From contig OZ243916.1 of the NCBI GenBank assembly GCA_965213675.1, positions 352,001 to 416,000 on the forward strand: DNA of 64,000 bases, read 5' to 3'. Shown one piece after another: positions 18,680 to 28,758 of this stretch; positions within the stretch are counted from its first letter, which is position 1, and every line of letters begins with the position of its first letter. The stretch is from an uncultured Candidatus Binatia bacterium. Its GTDB lineage: Bacteria; Desulfobacterota; Binatia; UBA9968; JAJDTQ01. The notes under the pieces are model-generated. The model was not told where the DNA came from and did not search any database. It saw only the letters and a list, made by a program, of their open reading frames with translations. Both the position numbers and the translations under genes were made by a program.

Positions 18680-19867
18680 TTACGCCGTGTGCCGGGGCTT
18701 GTAAAGCAGCGCCACTGCCGCGCCCGTGAGCGTCAGCGCCCCCACCCAGACGAAGCCTTGGGGGAAGCCCCCGAGGTCGCCCATGAATCCCAGGAACCAG
18801 GGGATGCCGCCGCCGCCGATGACGAAGGCCGTGGGCACCACCAGGGACACGGCGGTGCCGCGGGTATGGGCGTCGCCCAGCGCGGACAGGGCGGTGAAGC
18901 CCGCGGGGAAAAAGCCCACCGCCACCGAGGGCTGGATGATGACCGCCACCGCGAGCCAGGCGTCCGGCGCCAGGCCCACCAGCGCCACGGTCATGCCGCT
19001 GAGGGTCAGGGTCACCGACAGGGTGCGGCGCACGCCGAAGCGGTCGGCGGCCCAGCCGGCCGCCAGGGCCAGAAACGGACACGCGCCGCGGGACAGCCCC
19101 ACCAGGGTGTTGGCCCACGCTTCGTCGAGGCCCCGCGCCGACACCAGATAGAGCGGCAACATCGTGAATACGCCCAGGGTGATGGCGACGCCCATGATGA
19201 ACAGCACCAGCACGACCCATAGCATGGGGTCCTTGAGAAAACGCCGGACGACGGTCAGCGCGGGAGGCACCCCCGGAAACTTGCCGCCGCGTCCGAGCAC
19301 CGCGTAGAGGCCGCTGGACAGGACGGTGACGAGGCCGAAGCGGAAGAGGATGGAACGCCAGGACAGGCTGCGCAGAAGCAGCTCCCCCAGCAGCGGCACC
19401 GCCACGAAGCTCGCGTTGGGCGCCAGTTCGTGAATGGAGATGGCCTTGCCCCAGTGGGGCCGGCTCACCAGCGACGTGATGGTGGCGATGGCCGAGGGCA
19501 GGTACAGCCCCGCGCCCAGCCCCATGGCGAAGACTCCCAGGCGCATGCCGTTCAGGTCCGGCGCCCCCGCCACCGCCATGGCGGACAGGCCCAGGAAAGC
19601 AAAGGACAGCACGATGGTACGGTGGTGCGTCAACCGGGACGAGACGTACCCGGCCGCGGTCATGGCCGTGAGGTAGCCGGCGGAGATGAACAGGAACAGC
19701 ATGCCGGCCTGGGCGTGGCTGATGCCCAGTTCCGCTTCCACGGTGGGCAGCAGCGGCGCCAGGATCACGCGGCCGGTGAAGTTCAACAGGAAGATCGCCG
19801 CCATCAGCAGCACGGCGGGCGCCTGCCGGCGGAAGGCGGCGTCGAGCGCCTGAACGATCTCTGCCAT
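18680..19867 (-). CDS. MFS transporter
   Basis: ~12 hydrophobic segments; GWAADRFGVRR motif A. Confidence 0.9.
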   Translation of the reverse strand: MAEIVQALDAAFRRQAPAVLLMAAIFLLNFTGRVILAPLLPTVEAELGISHAQAGMLFLFISAGYLTAMTAAGYVSSRLTHHRTIVLSFAFLGLSAMAVAGAPDLNGMRLGVFAMGLGAGLYLPSAIATITSLVSRPHWGKAISIHELAPNASFVAVPLLGELLLRSLSWRSILFRFGLVTVLSSGLYAVLGRGGKFPGVPPALTVVRRFLKDPMLWVVLVLFIMGVAITLGVFTMLPLYLVSARGLDEAWANTLVGLSRGACPFLALAAGWAADRFGVRRTLSVTLTLSGMTVALVGLAPDAWLAVAVIIQPSVAVGFFPAGFTALSALGDAHTRGTAVSLVVPTAFVIGGGGIPWFLGFMGDLGGFPQGFVWVGALTLTGAAVALLYKPRHTA

Positions 19868-19922
19868 GGCGCTCTTTGTACCAGATGTGCGACGCCATGG
19901 CGCCGTTTTCCAGGGTTGCGGG

Positions 19923-19952
19923 TTGACACCCCGAATGATCCGACGATACAGT
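19923..19952 (+). promoter_or_regulatory. Sigma70-type promoter of the first tctC
   Basis: TTGACA-18-TACAGT; GGAGG RBS at 19981. Confidence 0.5.
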
Positions 19953-19990
19953 TTGCCGGTGCCGAAAAAACTTTCTCGCAGGAGGTGTCA

Positions 19991-21013
19991 ATGAGAGTTC
20001 TTACCGCCATGGCCGCCTTGTTGCTGGCCATTGTGATGTCAGGTCCGCTTCATGGCGCGGATGATTTCTACAAGGACAAGAAGATCCGGCTCATCGTGTC
20101 GTCGTCGCCGGGTGGCGGCAACGATACGTACTCGCGGCTTATCGCCCGGCATATCTCCCGGCATATTCCGGGCAACCCTTCGATCATCGTCCAGAACATG
20201 CCCGGCGCCGGCGGCGTGATGGCCGCGGACTACCTGTACCGCAAGGCCAAGCGCGACGGCAGCGTGATGGAGCAGATCAACTGGGGCGTGTGGTTTCATC
20301 AGGTTGTCGGTGACAAGCGCGCGCGCTTCGACTTCAACAAGATGAACGCCTTGGGCGTCGCGGCCATCGAGAGCGCGATCCTGTTCACCCGCAAGAGCGA
20401 GTTTCCCACCTGGGAATCGGTGATGGCGGCCAAGAAGCCCATCACCAACGGCAACAGCGGTCGCCAGTCGTTGGGGCATACCATGGGCAAGGTGATGGAA
20501 AAGCTCGTGGGCAAGAAGATCTTCGACTACATCTTCGGGTATCCCGGCGCCCGGCAGTACAGCCTCGCGTTCCGGCAGGGTGAGGTGCAGTCTTCGGGCA
20601 ACACTCCGGGCTCGTTCAGGGATCAGCTCGGCGACATGTGGGACGAGGGCAAGGTCGCCATGCTGGTGCAGGCGCCCACGCCCGAGGGGGGACGCACCAA
20701 GGACTTCCCGAACACGCCGACCCTGCTGGATTTCGCCAAGACCGATGAGCACCAGGAACTCATCAAGGCGACCTTCGGACTCACGCATTACGGCCGCCCG
20801 TATGCCATGCCCCCGGGGGTGCCCAAGGACCGTGTCGAGGTGCTGCGCAAGGCCTTCACCGCCACCATGAACGACCCCAAGTTCCTGGCCGAGGCCAAGC
20901 GCCTCAAGCGGGATATCATTCCCTCCACCGGCGCCGAGCTCCAGCAACTGTGGAAGGATGTCCTCAACGCGCCCGCCGAAACCACGGCCATCATCAAGGA
21001 CATTTGGCTCTAG
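19991..21013 (+). CDS. tctC: Tripartite tricarboxylate transporter substrate-binding protein (Bug/TctC), copy 1
   Basis: Signal peptide; IVSSSPGGGND...IVQNMPGAGG; PPGVPKDRV..LRKAF...MNDPKF. Confidence 0.9.
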   Translation: MRVLTAMAALLLAIVMSGPLHGADDFYKDKKIRLIVSSSPGGGNDTYSRLIARHISRHIPGNPSIIVQNMPGAGGVMAADYLYRKAKRDGSVMEQINWGVWFHQVVGDKRARFDFNKMNALGVAAIESAILFTRKSEFPTWESVMAAKKPITNGNSGRQSLGHTMGKVMEKLVGKKIFDYIFGYPGARQYSLAFRQGEVQSSGNTPGSFRDQLGDMWDEGKVAMLVQAPTPEGGRTKDFPNTPTLLDFAKTDEHQELIKATFGLTHYGRPYAMPPGVPKDRVEVLRKAFTATMNDPKFLAEAKRLKRDIIPSTGAELQQLWKDVLNAPAETTAIIKDIWL

Positions 21014-21047
21014 TCCGCGTGAAACCACGTGGAGGGCTGTTTCAGGA

Positions 21048-21081
21048 AGGCGCCGGGAACCGCGTTCCCGGCGCCTTTGTT
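21048..21081 (+). terminator. Intrinsic terminator after tctC-1
   Basis: AGGCGCCGGGAAC-CGC-GTTCCCGGCGCCT followed by TTGTT. Confidence 0.75.
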
Positions 21082-21152
21082 CTGATGCGCGGATGTCCAC
21101 ACGACCATCCCACGCCAGGACCCCCTCAATCCTGGATGCTCCGGCGCCCTTG

Positions 21153-21182
21153 TTGACAGGGTTGCGAGGACCTCCCTATAAT
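21153..21182 (+). promoter_or_regulatory. Consensus sigma70 promoter of tctC-2
   Basis: TTGACA-18 nt-TATAAT. Confidence 0.75.
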
Positions 21183-21274
21183 GCCCGGCTCATGCCCGGA
21201 ACTTCCGGGCGGCGGTCCGGTGATGGGTCTGGAGCACGCTTCCGGACTTCGGCAAAAAAAACTGGGAGGTACTC

Positions 21275-22315
21275 ATGAAGGCAGTTTTGGGTCTGGCGAC
21301 GCTCGCGCTCTTCCTGTTCGGCGCGGGTCCGGCAACGGCGGCGGATTTCTACGAGGGCAAGAAGATACGGCTGATCGTTTCGTCATCGCCCGGCGGCGGC
21401 AACGACACGTATTCGCGGCTGCTGGCGCGCCATATCGGCACCCATATTCCGGGAAACCCGACGATCATCGTGCAGAACATGCCGGGAGCCGGCGGCGTCC
21501 GGGCGGCCAGCTACATCTACAACAAGGCCAAGCGCGACGGCACCGTGATGGAGCAGATCAACTGGGGCGTGTGGAACTGGCAGGTAGTGGGCGACAAGGC
21601 TCGTGGCGGCCAGTTCGACTTCAACAAGATGCAGGCCATCGGCGTGATCGTCATCGAGAACGGCCTGCTGTACAGCCGCAAGGACCGTTTCAAAACGCTC
21701 GATGATATCAAGAACTCGGGCAAGCCTGCCCGGGTGGGCATCAGCGGCAACCAGTCCAGCGGGTTCGTGCTCGGGAACATCGTCGAGAGGCTGCGCGACG
21801 AAAAGTTGTTCGAGTACGTCTTCGGCTATCCCGGCGCGCGCCAGTACAGCCTCGCGTTCCGGCAGGGTGAGGTGGACGTCTCCGGCAACGTGTCCTCGTC
21901 TTTCCTGGATCAGCTCGGGGACATGTGGAAGGCGGGGGACATCGTCATGCTCGCCCAGACCGGCACGGTGGAGGGCAAGAAGAGTCCGGAGTTCCCCAAC
22001 GCGCCCTTGCTCGAGGAGATGGCCAAGACCGAGAAGCAGAAGAATCTGGTGCGGGCGACCTTTCTGCTGTCGCGCTACGGACGTCCGTACGCCATGCCTC
22101 CCGGAGTTCCCGCGGACCGCGTGGCGCTCGTGCGCAAGGCCTTCGATGACACCATGAAGGATCCGAAGTTCCTGGCCGAGGCCAAGAAGCTGAAGCGGCC
22201 CGTCAGGCCGACGAGCGGTCAGGCCCTTCAGAAGATGTGGAAGGATTCGCTGGGCGCTTCACCGGAAGACAAGGCCATCGTCAAGCAGATATTCAACCCC
22301 CCGGGCAAGAAGTAG
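21275..22315 (+). CDS. tctC: Bug/TctC substrate-binding protein, copy 2
   Basis: Same motifs as copy 1; GGAGG RBS. Confidence 0.9.
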   Translation: MKAVLGLATLALFLFGAGPATAADFYEGKKIRLIVSSSPGGGNDTYSRLLARHIGTHIPGNPTIIVQNMPGAGGVRAASYIYNKAKRDGTVMEQINWGVWNWQVVGDKARGGQFDFNKMQAIGVIVIENGLLYSRKDRFKTLDDIKNSGKPARVGISGNQSSGFVLGNIVERLRDEKLFEYVFGYPGARQYSLAFRQGEVDVSGNVSSSFLDQLGDMWKAGDIVMLAQTGTVEGKKSPEFPNAPLLEEMAKTEKQKNLVRATFLLSRYGRPYAMPPGVPADRVALVRKAFDDTMKDPKFLAEAKKLKRPVRPTSGQALQKMWKDSLGASPEDKAIVKQIFNPPGKK

Positions 22316-22339
22316 TGCCCGGACTGCCGGGGCGCCGCA

Positions 22340-22380
22340 ACAAAGGGCGCCGGGGACATCCGATCCCCGGCGCCCTTTGT
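22340..22380 (+). terminator. Intrinsic terminator after tctC-2
   Basis: ACAAAGGGCGCCGGGGA-loop-TCCCCGGCGCCCTTTGT. Confidence 0.75.
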
Positions 22381-22485
22381 CTTGGAGTCCGTCTGGCCAG
22401 CGTTTCATCTTGCCTTTTCCAGGTGCTTGATGCAGGATGCGCGCGTGACGAATCCTTCGAAGTTTTCTCAAGCCGGGAGGTAAAC

Positions 22486-23526
22486 ATGCAGACTTTAGTG
22501 AGCTTGATGTTGCTCGTGCTCGTCCTGTTCGGCGCCGGTTCGGCCGGGGCGGCGGACTTTTACGAGGGCAAGAAGATCCGGTTGATCGTTTCGTCATCGC
22601 CCGGCGGCGGCAACGATACGTATTCGCGGCTGCTGGCGCGCCATATCGGCAACCATATTCCGGGAAACCCGACGATCATCGTGCAGAACATGCCGGGAGC
22701 GGGCGGTGTGCGGGCGGCGAGTTATCTCTACAACAAGGCGAAGCGCGACGGCACCGTCATGGAGCAGATCAATTGGGGGGTGTGGAACTGGCAGGTGGTG
22801 GGGGACAAGAGCCGTGGCGGCCAGTTCGACTTCAACAAGATGAACGCCGTCGGCGTCATCGTCATCGAGAACGGTCTGTTCTACAGCCGCAAGGACCGGT
22901 TCAAATCGCTGGACGAGATCGAGAAGTCGGGCAGGCTGGCCACGGTCGGTATTAGCGGAAACCAATCCGGCGGGTTTGTGATGGGCAACATCCTGGAGAA
23001 GTTGCGCGGCAAGAAGCTGTTCGAGTACGTCTTCGGTTACCCGGGCGCGCGGCAGTACAGTCTGGCGTTGCGGCAGGGGGAGGTGGACACCTCCGGCAAC
23101 GTAACCTCGTCGTTCCTGGACCAACTCGGCGACATGTGGCAGGCCGGAGAGTTGGTCATGCTCGCCCAGACCGGCACGGTGGAAGGAAAGAAGGCTCCCG
23201 AGTTTCCCGACGCTCCATTGCTCGAGGACATGGCCAAGACCGAGAAGCAGAAGAATCTCGTGCGCGCCACCTTCCTGCTGTCGCGCTACGGCCGTCCCTA
23301 CACCCTTCCGCCGGGCGTCCCTGCGGAGCGGGTCGCCTTGGTGCGCCAAGCCTTTGACGCGACCATGAAGGACCCGAAGTTCCTGGCGGAGGCCAAGAAG
23401 CTCAAGCGGCCCGTCAACCCAACGACCGGCGTCAACCTCCAGAAGATGTGGAGGGACTCGCTCGATGCCTCTCCGGAAGACAAGGCCATCGTGGCGCAGA
23501 TATTCAACCCCAAGGGGAAGAAGTAG
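22486..23526 (+). CDS. tctC: Bug/TctC substrate-binding protein, copy 3 (close paralog of copy 2)
   Basis: Mature region highly similar to copy 2; GGAGG RBS. Confidence 0.9.
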   Translation: MQTLVSLMLLVLVLFGAGSAGAADFYEGKKIRLIVSSSPGGGNDTYSRLLARHIGNHIPGNPTIIVQNMPGAGGVRAASYLYNKAKRDGTVMEQINWGVWNWQVVGDKSRGGQFDFNKMNAVGVIVIENGLFYSRKDRFKSLDEIEKSGRLATVGISGNQSGGFVMGNILEKLRGKKLFEYVFGYPGARQYSLALRQGEVDTSGNVTSSFLDQLGDMWQAGELVMLAQTGTVEGKKAPEFPDAPLLEDMAKTEKQKNLVRATFLLSRYGRPYTLPPGVPAERVALVRQAFDATMKDPKFLAEAKKLKRPVNPTTGVNLQKMWRDSLDASPEDKAIVAQIFNPKGKK

Positions 23527-23563
23527 CGCAGCGTTGGCCCGGTTTGCCTTGGGTGAACGAATG

Positions 23564-23604
23564 AAGGGGCGTCGCGGACATCAGGTCCGCGGCGCCCCTT
23601 TTTT
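23564..23604. terminator. Terminator between convergent tctC-3 and tctB
   Basis: AAGGGGCGTCGCGGAC-loop-GTCCGCGGCGCCCCTTTTTT. Confidence 0.75.
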
Positions 23605-23670
23605 ATCCACCAGGCATGGCCACGACCGGCGGAAGGCGGATGGTTGGGGGGCGGAGGAAACCGCCGGTTC

Positions 23671-24186
23671 TCAGCCCAGCCAGGGCATGAGCACCCGGAG
23701 GAGATTCTCGGGACCGGCGATCACCGGCTCGAGCCAGTGGATGTGCAGGATCTGATCGAACACGCCCACGAAGAATACCAGCATCCCCGCGGTGAGCCAC
23801 AGGGTCAACGCCCACGCTTCTTTTGCCTGATACCTGAGGTACAGCAGCGTGAATACCGGCACGGTGATGAAGAAGCCCAGCAGCAGGATGCCGAAGAACA
23901 TGCCCAGGAGCCACGCGGAAAAGGTCAGACCGCCGGCCGCCACGTCCGCGGTGGACATGGTCCAGTCCACCTGCAAGTCGCCGGTTTCCCGCGTGCCCGG
24001 GCCGGAAGTCTTCATGGACCGGTAGGCGTCCATGACTAGCTGAATCAGCGCCATGATGAGCACGGGGACGCCCACGGAGCGCGGAAACATTCCCGTGCCC
24101 AGGGGCCAGTCCTTGGCGGTGTAGACCATGCCGGCGGCGACCAGCGCGACGAGCAGCGTGAACAGCAGCGAGGGTGTGACGCGCAT
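23671..24186 (-). CDS. tctB: TTT small membrane subunit
   Basis: 4-5 TM segments; MFP and LLGFF motifs; directly downstream of tctA. Confidence 0.8.
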   Translation of the reverse strand: MRVTPSLLFTLLVALVAAGMVYTAKDWPLGTGMFPRSVGVPVLIMALIQLVMDAYRSMKTSGPGTRETGDLQVDWTMSTADVAAGGLTFSAWLLGMFFGILLLGFFITVPVFTLLYLRYQAKEAWALTLWLTAGMLVFFVGVFDQILHIHWLEPVIAGPENLLRVLMPWLG

Positions 24187-24188
24187 GA

Positions 24189-25679
24189 CTACTCTCCTCC
24201 CGCCGCAAGTTGCCGGACCTTACGCTCCTGCTTGACGCTGTAGTAGATGGTCGCGATGGTCACGGCGAGCACGACCAGGACCAGCGGCCGGAGGAGGAAC
24301 GCGGCGCCGTAGGCGCGGACCGAAATGAACAGGTACCGTTCGATGAGCCCGCCGAGCAGGAATCCCAGGAGCAGCGGCGGCCGCGGCCAGCCGCATCGCT
24401 TCATGACCCAGCCCAACAGCCCGAACAGCAGCACCGTCACGAGGTCGAAGATGCTCGCCGTCGCCTGGTACGCGGCCAGGAAGACCACCACGGTCACCAG
24501 CGGCGCCAGGATGTTGATGCGCACGGAGGAGATCTTGGCCAGTTGATTGGTGAAGCAAAGGGCGATGGCCGTGGCCATGATGTTGGAGATGGCTGTGCTC
24601 CACACGATGGCGTAGGTGATGTCCAGATGCTGGTTGAGCATGGCCGGGCCCGGTTGCAGGCCGTGAATCATGAAGGCGCCGATGAGCAGGGCCATGGAGG
24701 CGCTGCCCGGAATGCCGAACGCCAGCGTCGGCACCAGCGCGCCGCCCTGCTTGGCGTTGTTGGCGCTCTCCGGAGCGATGACGCCGCGGACGTCGCCGGT
24801 GCCGAAGGTCAATGCCGCATCCTTGCAACTGGACTTGGCGTGTCCGTAGGCGAGCCAGTCCACCACAGCGGAGCCCAGGCCAGGGATGATGCCCACCCAG
24901 GTGCCCAGGAAGGCGCAGCGGAGCATCAGCCACCAGTTGGCGAACACGTCGCGAATGCCGTGACCCACGCCCTTCATGGCTTGCTTGGGCACGCTGCTGA
25001 TCTGCTTGCCTTCGATGACCATGTCGGCCAGTTCGGGAAGGGCGAACAGGCCGAGACTCACCACGATGATGTTGAGCCCGTCGAACAGGTAGAGAGAGTC
25101 CATGGTCCAGCGCAGCAGCCCTTCCTGCTTGTCGATGCCGATCATGGAGAGCATCAGCCCCATGCCGCCGGCGACGATGCCCTTGAGGGGGACACGCCCG
25201 CTCAGGATCGCCACCATGGAGATGCCCATGATTCCCAGGGAGAACAGCTCGGGCGCCGCGAACAGCAGCACCAGCGGCTTGAGCACGGGAATGAGCATGC
25301 CGAGGATGAAGGCGCCGATGATGCCGCCGAGGAGAGACGAGAAGTACGCCGCGCCGAAGGCCCGGCCCGCCTCGCCCTTGCGCGCCATGGGGTGGCCGTC
25401 CAGGATGGTGGCTTGGGAGCCCACCGTGCCCGGAACCGCGAACAGGACCGACGGGATGGTATCGGTGGTGACCGGAACCGAGGACAGGGCCACCAGCATG
25501 GCAATGGCCGCGGTGGCATCCATGTCGAACGTGAACGGCAGCAACAGGGCCAGGCCGACGACACCGCCCAGCCCGGGAATGGCTCCCAGCGCCATGCCCA
25601 CGACGACTCCGAAAGTCATGAAGAGAAGCCGTTCCACGCTGAGCAGCGCGGTCAGGCCATCGGCCATTGCTTCAAACAC
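24189..25679 (-). CDS. tctA: TTT large permease
   Basis: GAIPGLG, DGHPMARKG, APESANNA and PTLAFGIPGS motifs. Confidence 0.93.
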   Translation of the reverse strand: MFEAMADGLTALLSVERLLFMTFGVVVGMALGAIPGLGGVVGLALLLPFTFDMDATAAIAMLVALSSVPVTTDTIPSVLFAVPGTVGSQATILDGHPMARKGEAGRAFGAAYFSSLLGGIIGAFILGMLIPVLKPLVLLFAAPELFSLGIMGISMVAILSGRVPLKGIVAGGMGLMLSMIGIDKQEGLLRWTMDSLYLFDGLNIIVVSLGLFALPELADMVIEGKQISSVPKQAMKGVGHGIRDVFANWWLMLRCAFLGTWVGIIPGLGSAVVDWLAYGHAKSSCKDAALTFGTGDVRGVIAPESANNAKQGGALVPTLAFGIPGSASMALLIGAFMIHGLQPGPAMLNQHLDITYAIVWSTAISNIMATAIALCFTNQLAKISSVRINILAPLVTVVVFLAAYQATASIFDLVTVLLFGLLGWVMKRCGWPRPPLLLGFLLGGLIERYLFISVRAYGAAFLLRPLVLVVLAVTIATIYYSVKQERKVRQLAAGGE

Positions 25680-25842
25680 GTCGTGCTCCTAGCTTCGCTT
25701 GGAATGCGCCATGGAAGGCTGGGCTGTGATCCACATTCGCGGATTTCAGCCGCGTTACATAACGGTTTGACGTGGACTCTGTCAAACGAAGAGCTTGATT
25801 TCTCTGAAGAAAACGCCCGCGCCGGTGACGGTGGCCGCGGCG

Positions 25843-28668
25843 TTACGGCCTGTATTGGTACGCCTCCGCCGCCGGCTTGTACGCGCGCGGCAGCCACAGC
25901 GGGCGCCGCAGGTTTTGCGGGCCGGGGGCCGGCCGGGTCAGCTTGAGCCAGCGCTTGTAGACCTCGTGGGACTTGTGGGTGTCCACGAAGATGTCACCGT
26001 AGCGGTCGTCCGCGCCGGGCTTTTCCACCCGCACCTTCTGGTGCCAGCAGTGCTGGCCGCTGATGTTGTCGGGCTGTACCGGGAAGGTGAGGTTCTGGTG
26101 CACGCCAGCCTCTTGCCACCAAACGCGCCCGGAGTCCTTGTCGGCGCTCTCGAAGGGCCGGATTCCGTGAAGCTGCCGCATCATCCACTGGCCCGGCGCC
26201 ACCTGTTCCAGGTTCACCAGCGCGGTGGCGAAGCGGCCGCCGCCGGTTTCCTCCTTGAGGCGCCAGCGCCCCAGGTGGTGCGAGCACGCCACCACGCCGG
26301 GGCGGATGCCCTCGGTGACCCACACCCGGTCCACGAAATAGCCGATCTCGGTGTGTACCTTCACGAGTTCGCCGGTGGTCACCCCGATGCGTTCGGCGTC
26401 CCGCGTATGGAGCCACACCGGATTCTTGTGGGAGATTTCGTAGAGCCACTTGGCGTTGGCCGAGCGGCTGTGGATCAGTGTCGGCAGGCGGAAGGTGGGC
26501 AGCAGCAGCATCTCGCCCTTGGCGGCGTCGATGTTGGAGTGGTGCACGTGGCTCTTGATGTAGCCCGGGTAGCGGTGCTCGGGCCACTTCCAGTCCTTCA
26601 AGGTCCCGGAATAGAATTCGAGCTTGCGCGACGGGGTGGGGAAGCCGGCGTAGCCTTGGCCGTCCACCTCCACGCCAATGGCGCCGCCGCCCTTGGAGAC
26701 GACCTTGGTGACCGGATCCACCGCGGCCTCGGCCATGTCCGCTTCCTTGATGGCGTTGGCGTGGCTGCTGTAGATGTTCTCCGCCACCAGGAAGGCGCCG
26801 TAGCGGCGCATGTATTCCAGCGGCGTGATGCCTTCGGCGGCCGCGGCTTCGGGCAGCCCGGGCACGCTGTTCTCGAACATCCACTGGTAGTACTCGGATA
26901 CGGCGAGCTTCTCGCCCGGCCGGTAGGGCGACTCGAAGTACTTGCGGATGCCCAGGGAGCCGTCGGGGTCGATGCGCCAGGACAGCTCGATCCAGAACTC
27001 GTCCTCCTCCCACACCTCGCCCAGCCCGGCTTCCGCGTGGGCTTCCCACGTCGTGTTGAAGGTCTTGCCCCGCCGCTCCAGCGCCACCCGCAGCACCGGC
27101 TGGCGAAAGCCGATCCAACGCGCCGAGTGGGTCTCCTGGCTCATGAGGTCGTGGCGCTCGGAGGCCAGTCCCATGGGCAGCACGTAGTCCGCGAACCACG
27201 CGGTCTCGCTCCAGGTGGGCGTCAGGCACGCGTGGCGCTCCACCTTGGACTCGTCGCTGAGCATCTCGATCCAGCTCATGCCGTCCGGGTTGGTCCATAC
27301 CGGGTTGTAGACACGGGTGAAGTACATGGCCAGCTTGCCCCGGCCCTCCTTCACCAAGTGCGGCAGCAGGAAACTCATTTCGAAGAAGGCCAGCGGAAAC
27401 TCCGGCGGATACATGAGCGGGTTCCACTCCTTGGCCGGCGGCGGCATCATGGGCGGGGCCGGGACGAACTTGTTCCAGGCATTGGGCGTGGTGCCGCCGG
27501 GCGCGCCCACGGCGCCCATCAGCACCACCATGAATTCCAGCGCCCGGGCCACCTCCCAGCCGCCCAGGTTGCCGGCGGCGGCGTTGCGCCACACGTGGGT
27601 GGCCAGGGCCGAGCCCGCGCGCGCCACCTCGTGGGCCACGTCCACGATCATGGCCGCGTCCACCCCGGACTCTTCCGCCGCGAACTCCGGCGTATACTGC
27701 GCGTAAAGGGTCTTGAGTATCTCCTCGAAGCGCTCGAAGGTCTGGGGCTCGTCAGGGTGTTCCTCGCGCAGGAACTGATCCCAGTTGACCCACTTGCGCA
27801 CGAACTCGCGGTCGTAGAGGCGCTCCTGAAGCAGCACGTTGCAGATGGCCAGCAGGACGGCGGCCTCGGTGCCGGGCCAGGTGGGCATCCAGTAGTCGGC
27901 CTTGGACGCGGTGTTGGACAGCCGTGTGTCGATGACGCAGACCTTGGCGCCGCGCTCCTTGGCCTCCATGATGCGCTGGGCGTGGGGGTTGAAGTAGTGG
28001 CCGGTCTCCAGGTGCGAACTCAGCAGCAGCATGAAGCGGGCGTTGGCGTGGTCGGGGGAGGGGCGGTCGATGCCGCACCAGAAGGCGTAGCCCGTGCGCG
28101 CTCCCGCGGAGCACACGTTGGTGTGGCTGTTGTGGGCGTCGATGCCCCATGCGTGCATGATGCGCTGGTGGTACAGCAGCTCATGGCCGGGCCGCCCCAC
28201 GTGGTACATGATCTCGTTGCGCCGGTCCTCCTCCAGGGCCTTGCGGATGCGTCCGGCCATGTCGTCCAGCACTTCGTCCCAGGTAACCCGCTCCCACTGG
28301 CCGCCGCCGCGCGGTCCCTTCCGTTTCATGGGGTAGAGGATGCGCTCGGCGTCGTACACCTGGTTGATGGTGGCCGGCCCCTTGGCGCAGTTCCGCCCGC
28401 GGCTTCCCGGGTGCTCCGGATTGCCCTCGAACTTGCGGATCTTCAGCGTTTCCTTGTCCACGTACGCGAGGAGTCCGCACGCCGCTTCGCAGTTGAAGCA
28501 GATGGTGGGCACCAAGTCATAGCGGCGCTCCACCCGCCTGGGCCACGCGGCCGCGTCGTATTCGGTCCAGTCCAGCCAGCGCTCCCGCGGCGGAAAGTTG
28601 CGCAGCCCCCCGTGGGGCGGCTCGAGGTTGGCGGCATCGGGGCTCAGGGGTTGTGGTTCATTTTTCAT
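25843..28668 (-). CDS. Molybdopterin (DMSO reductase family) oxidoreductase catalytic subunit, no Tat signal
   Basis: CFNCEAAC...CAKG 4Fe-4S motif, LYPMKRKG.RG.GQWERVTWDE, ADYVLP, C-terminal molybdopterin dinucleotide domain; alternative start 28734. Confidence 0.9.
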   Translation of the reverse strand: MKNEPQPLSPDAANLEPPHGGLRNFPPRERWLDWTEYDAAAWPRRVERRYDLVPTICFNCEAACGLLAYVDKETLKIRKFEGNPEHPGSRGRNCAKGPATINQVYDAERILYPMKRKGPRGGGQWERVTWDEVLDDMAGRIRKALEEDRRNEIMYHVGRPGHELLYHQRIMHAWGIDAHNSHTNVCSAGARTGYAFWCGIDRPSPDHANARFMLLLSSHLETGHYFNPHAQRIMEAKERGAKVCVIDTRLSNTASKADYWMPTWPGTEAAVLLAICNVLLQERLYDREFVRKWVNWDQFLREEHPDEPQTFERFEEILKTLYAQYTPEFAAEESGVDAAMIVDVAHEVARAGSALATHVWRNAAAGNLGGWEVARALEFMVVLMGAVGAPGGTTPNAWNKFVPAPPMMPPPAKEWNPLMYPPEFPLAFFEMSFLLPHLVKEGRGKLAMYFTRVYNPVWTNPDGMSWIEMLSDESKVERHACLTPTWSETAWFADYVLPMGLASERHDLMSQETHSARWIGFRQPVLRVALERRGKTFNTTWEAHAEAGLGEVWEEDEFWIELSWRIDPDGSLGIRKYFESPYRPGEKLAVSEYYQWMFENSVPGLPEAAAAEGITPLEYMRRYGAFLVAENIYSSHANAIKEADMAEAAVDPVTKVVSKGGGAIGVEVDGQGYAGFPTPSRKLEFYSGTLKDWKWPEHRYPGYIKSHVHHSNIDAAKGEMLLLPTFRLPTLIHSRSANAKWLYEISHKNPVWLHTRDAERIGVTTGELVKVHTEIGYFVDRVWVTEGIRPGVVACSHHLGRWRLKEETGGGRFATALVNLEQVAPGQWMMRQLHGIRPFESADKDSGRVWWQEAGVHQNLTFPVQPDNISGQHCWHQKVRVEKPGADDRYGDIFVDTHKSHEVYKRWLKLTRPAPGPQNLRRPLWLPRAYKPAAEAYQYRP

Positions 28669-28758
28669 GACGGCGGATTCCCTGCCGGGGTGGATTCCCC
28701 GGCGGTCTTCAAGCTCACGGGTTACCGAAGCCAACGCTTCAAGACGTCGTGCGGTCTG

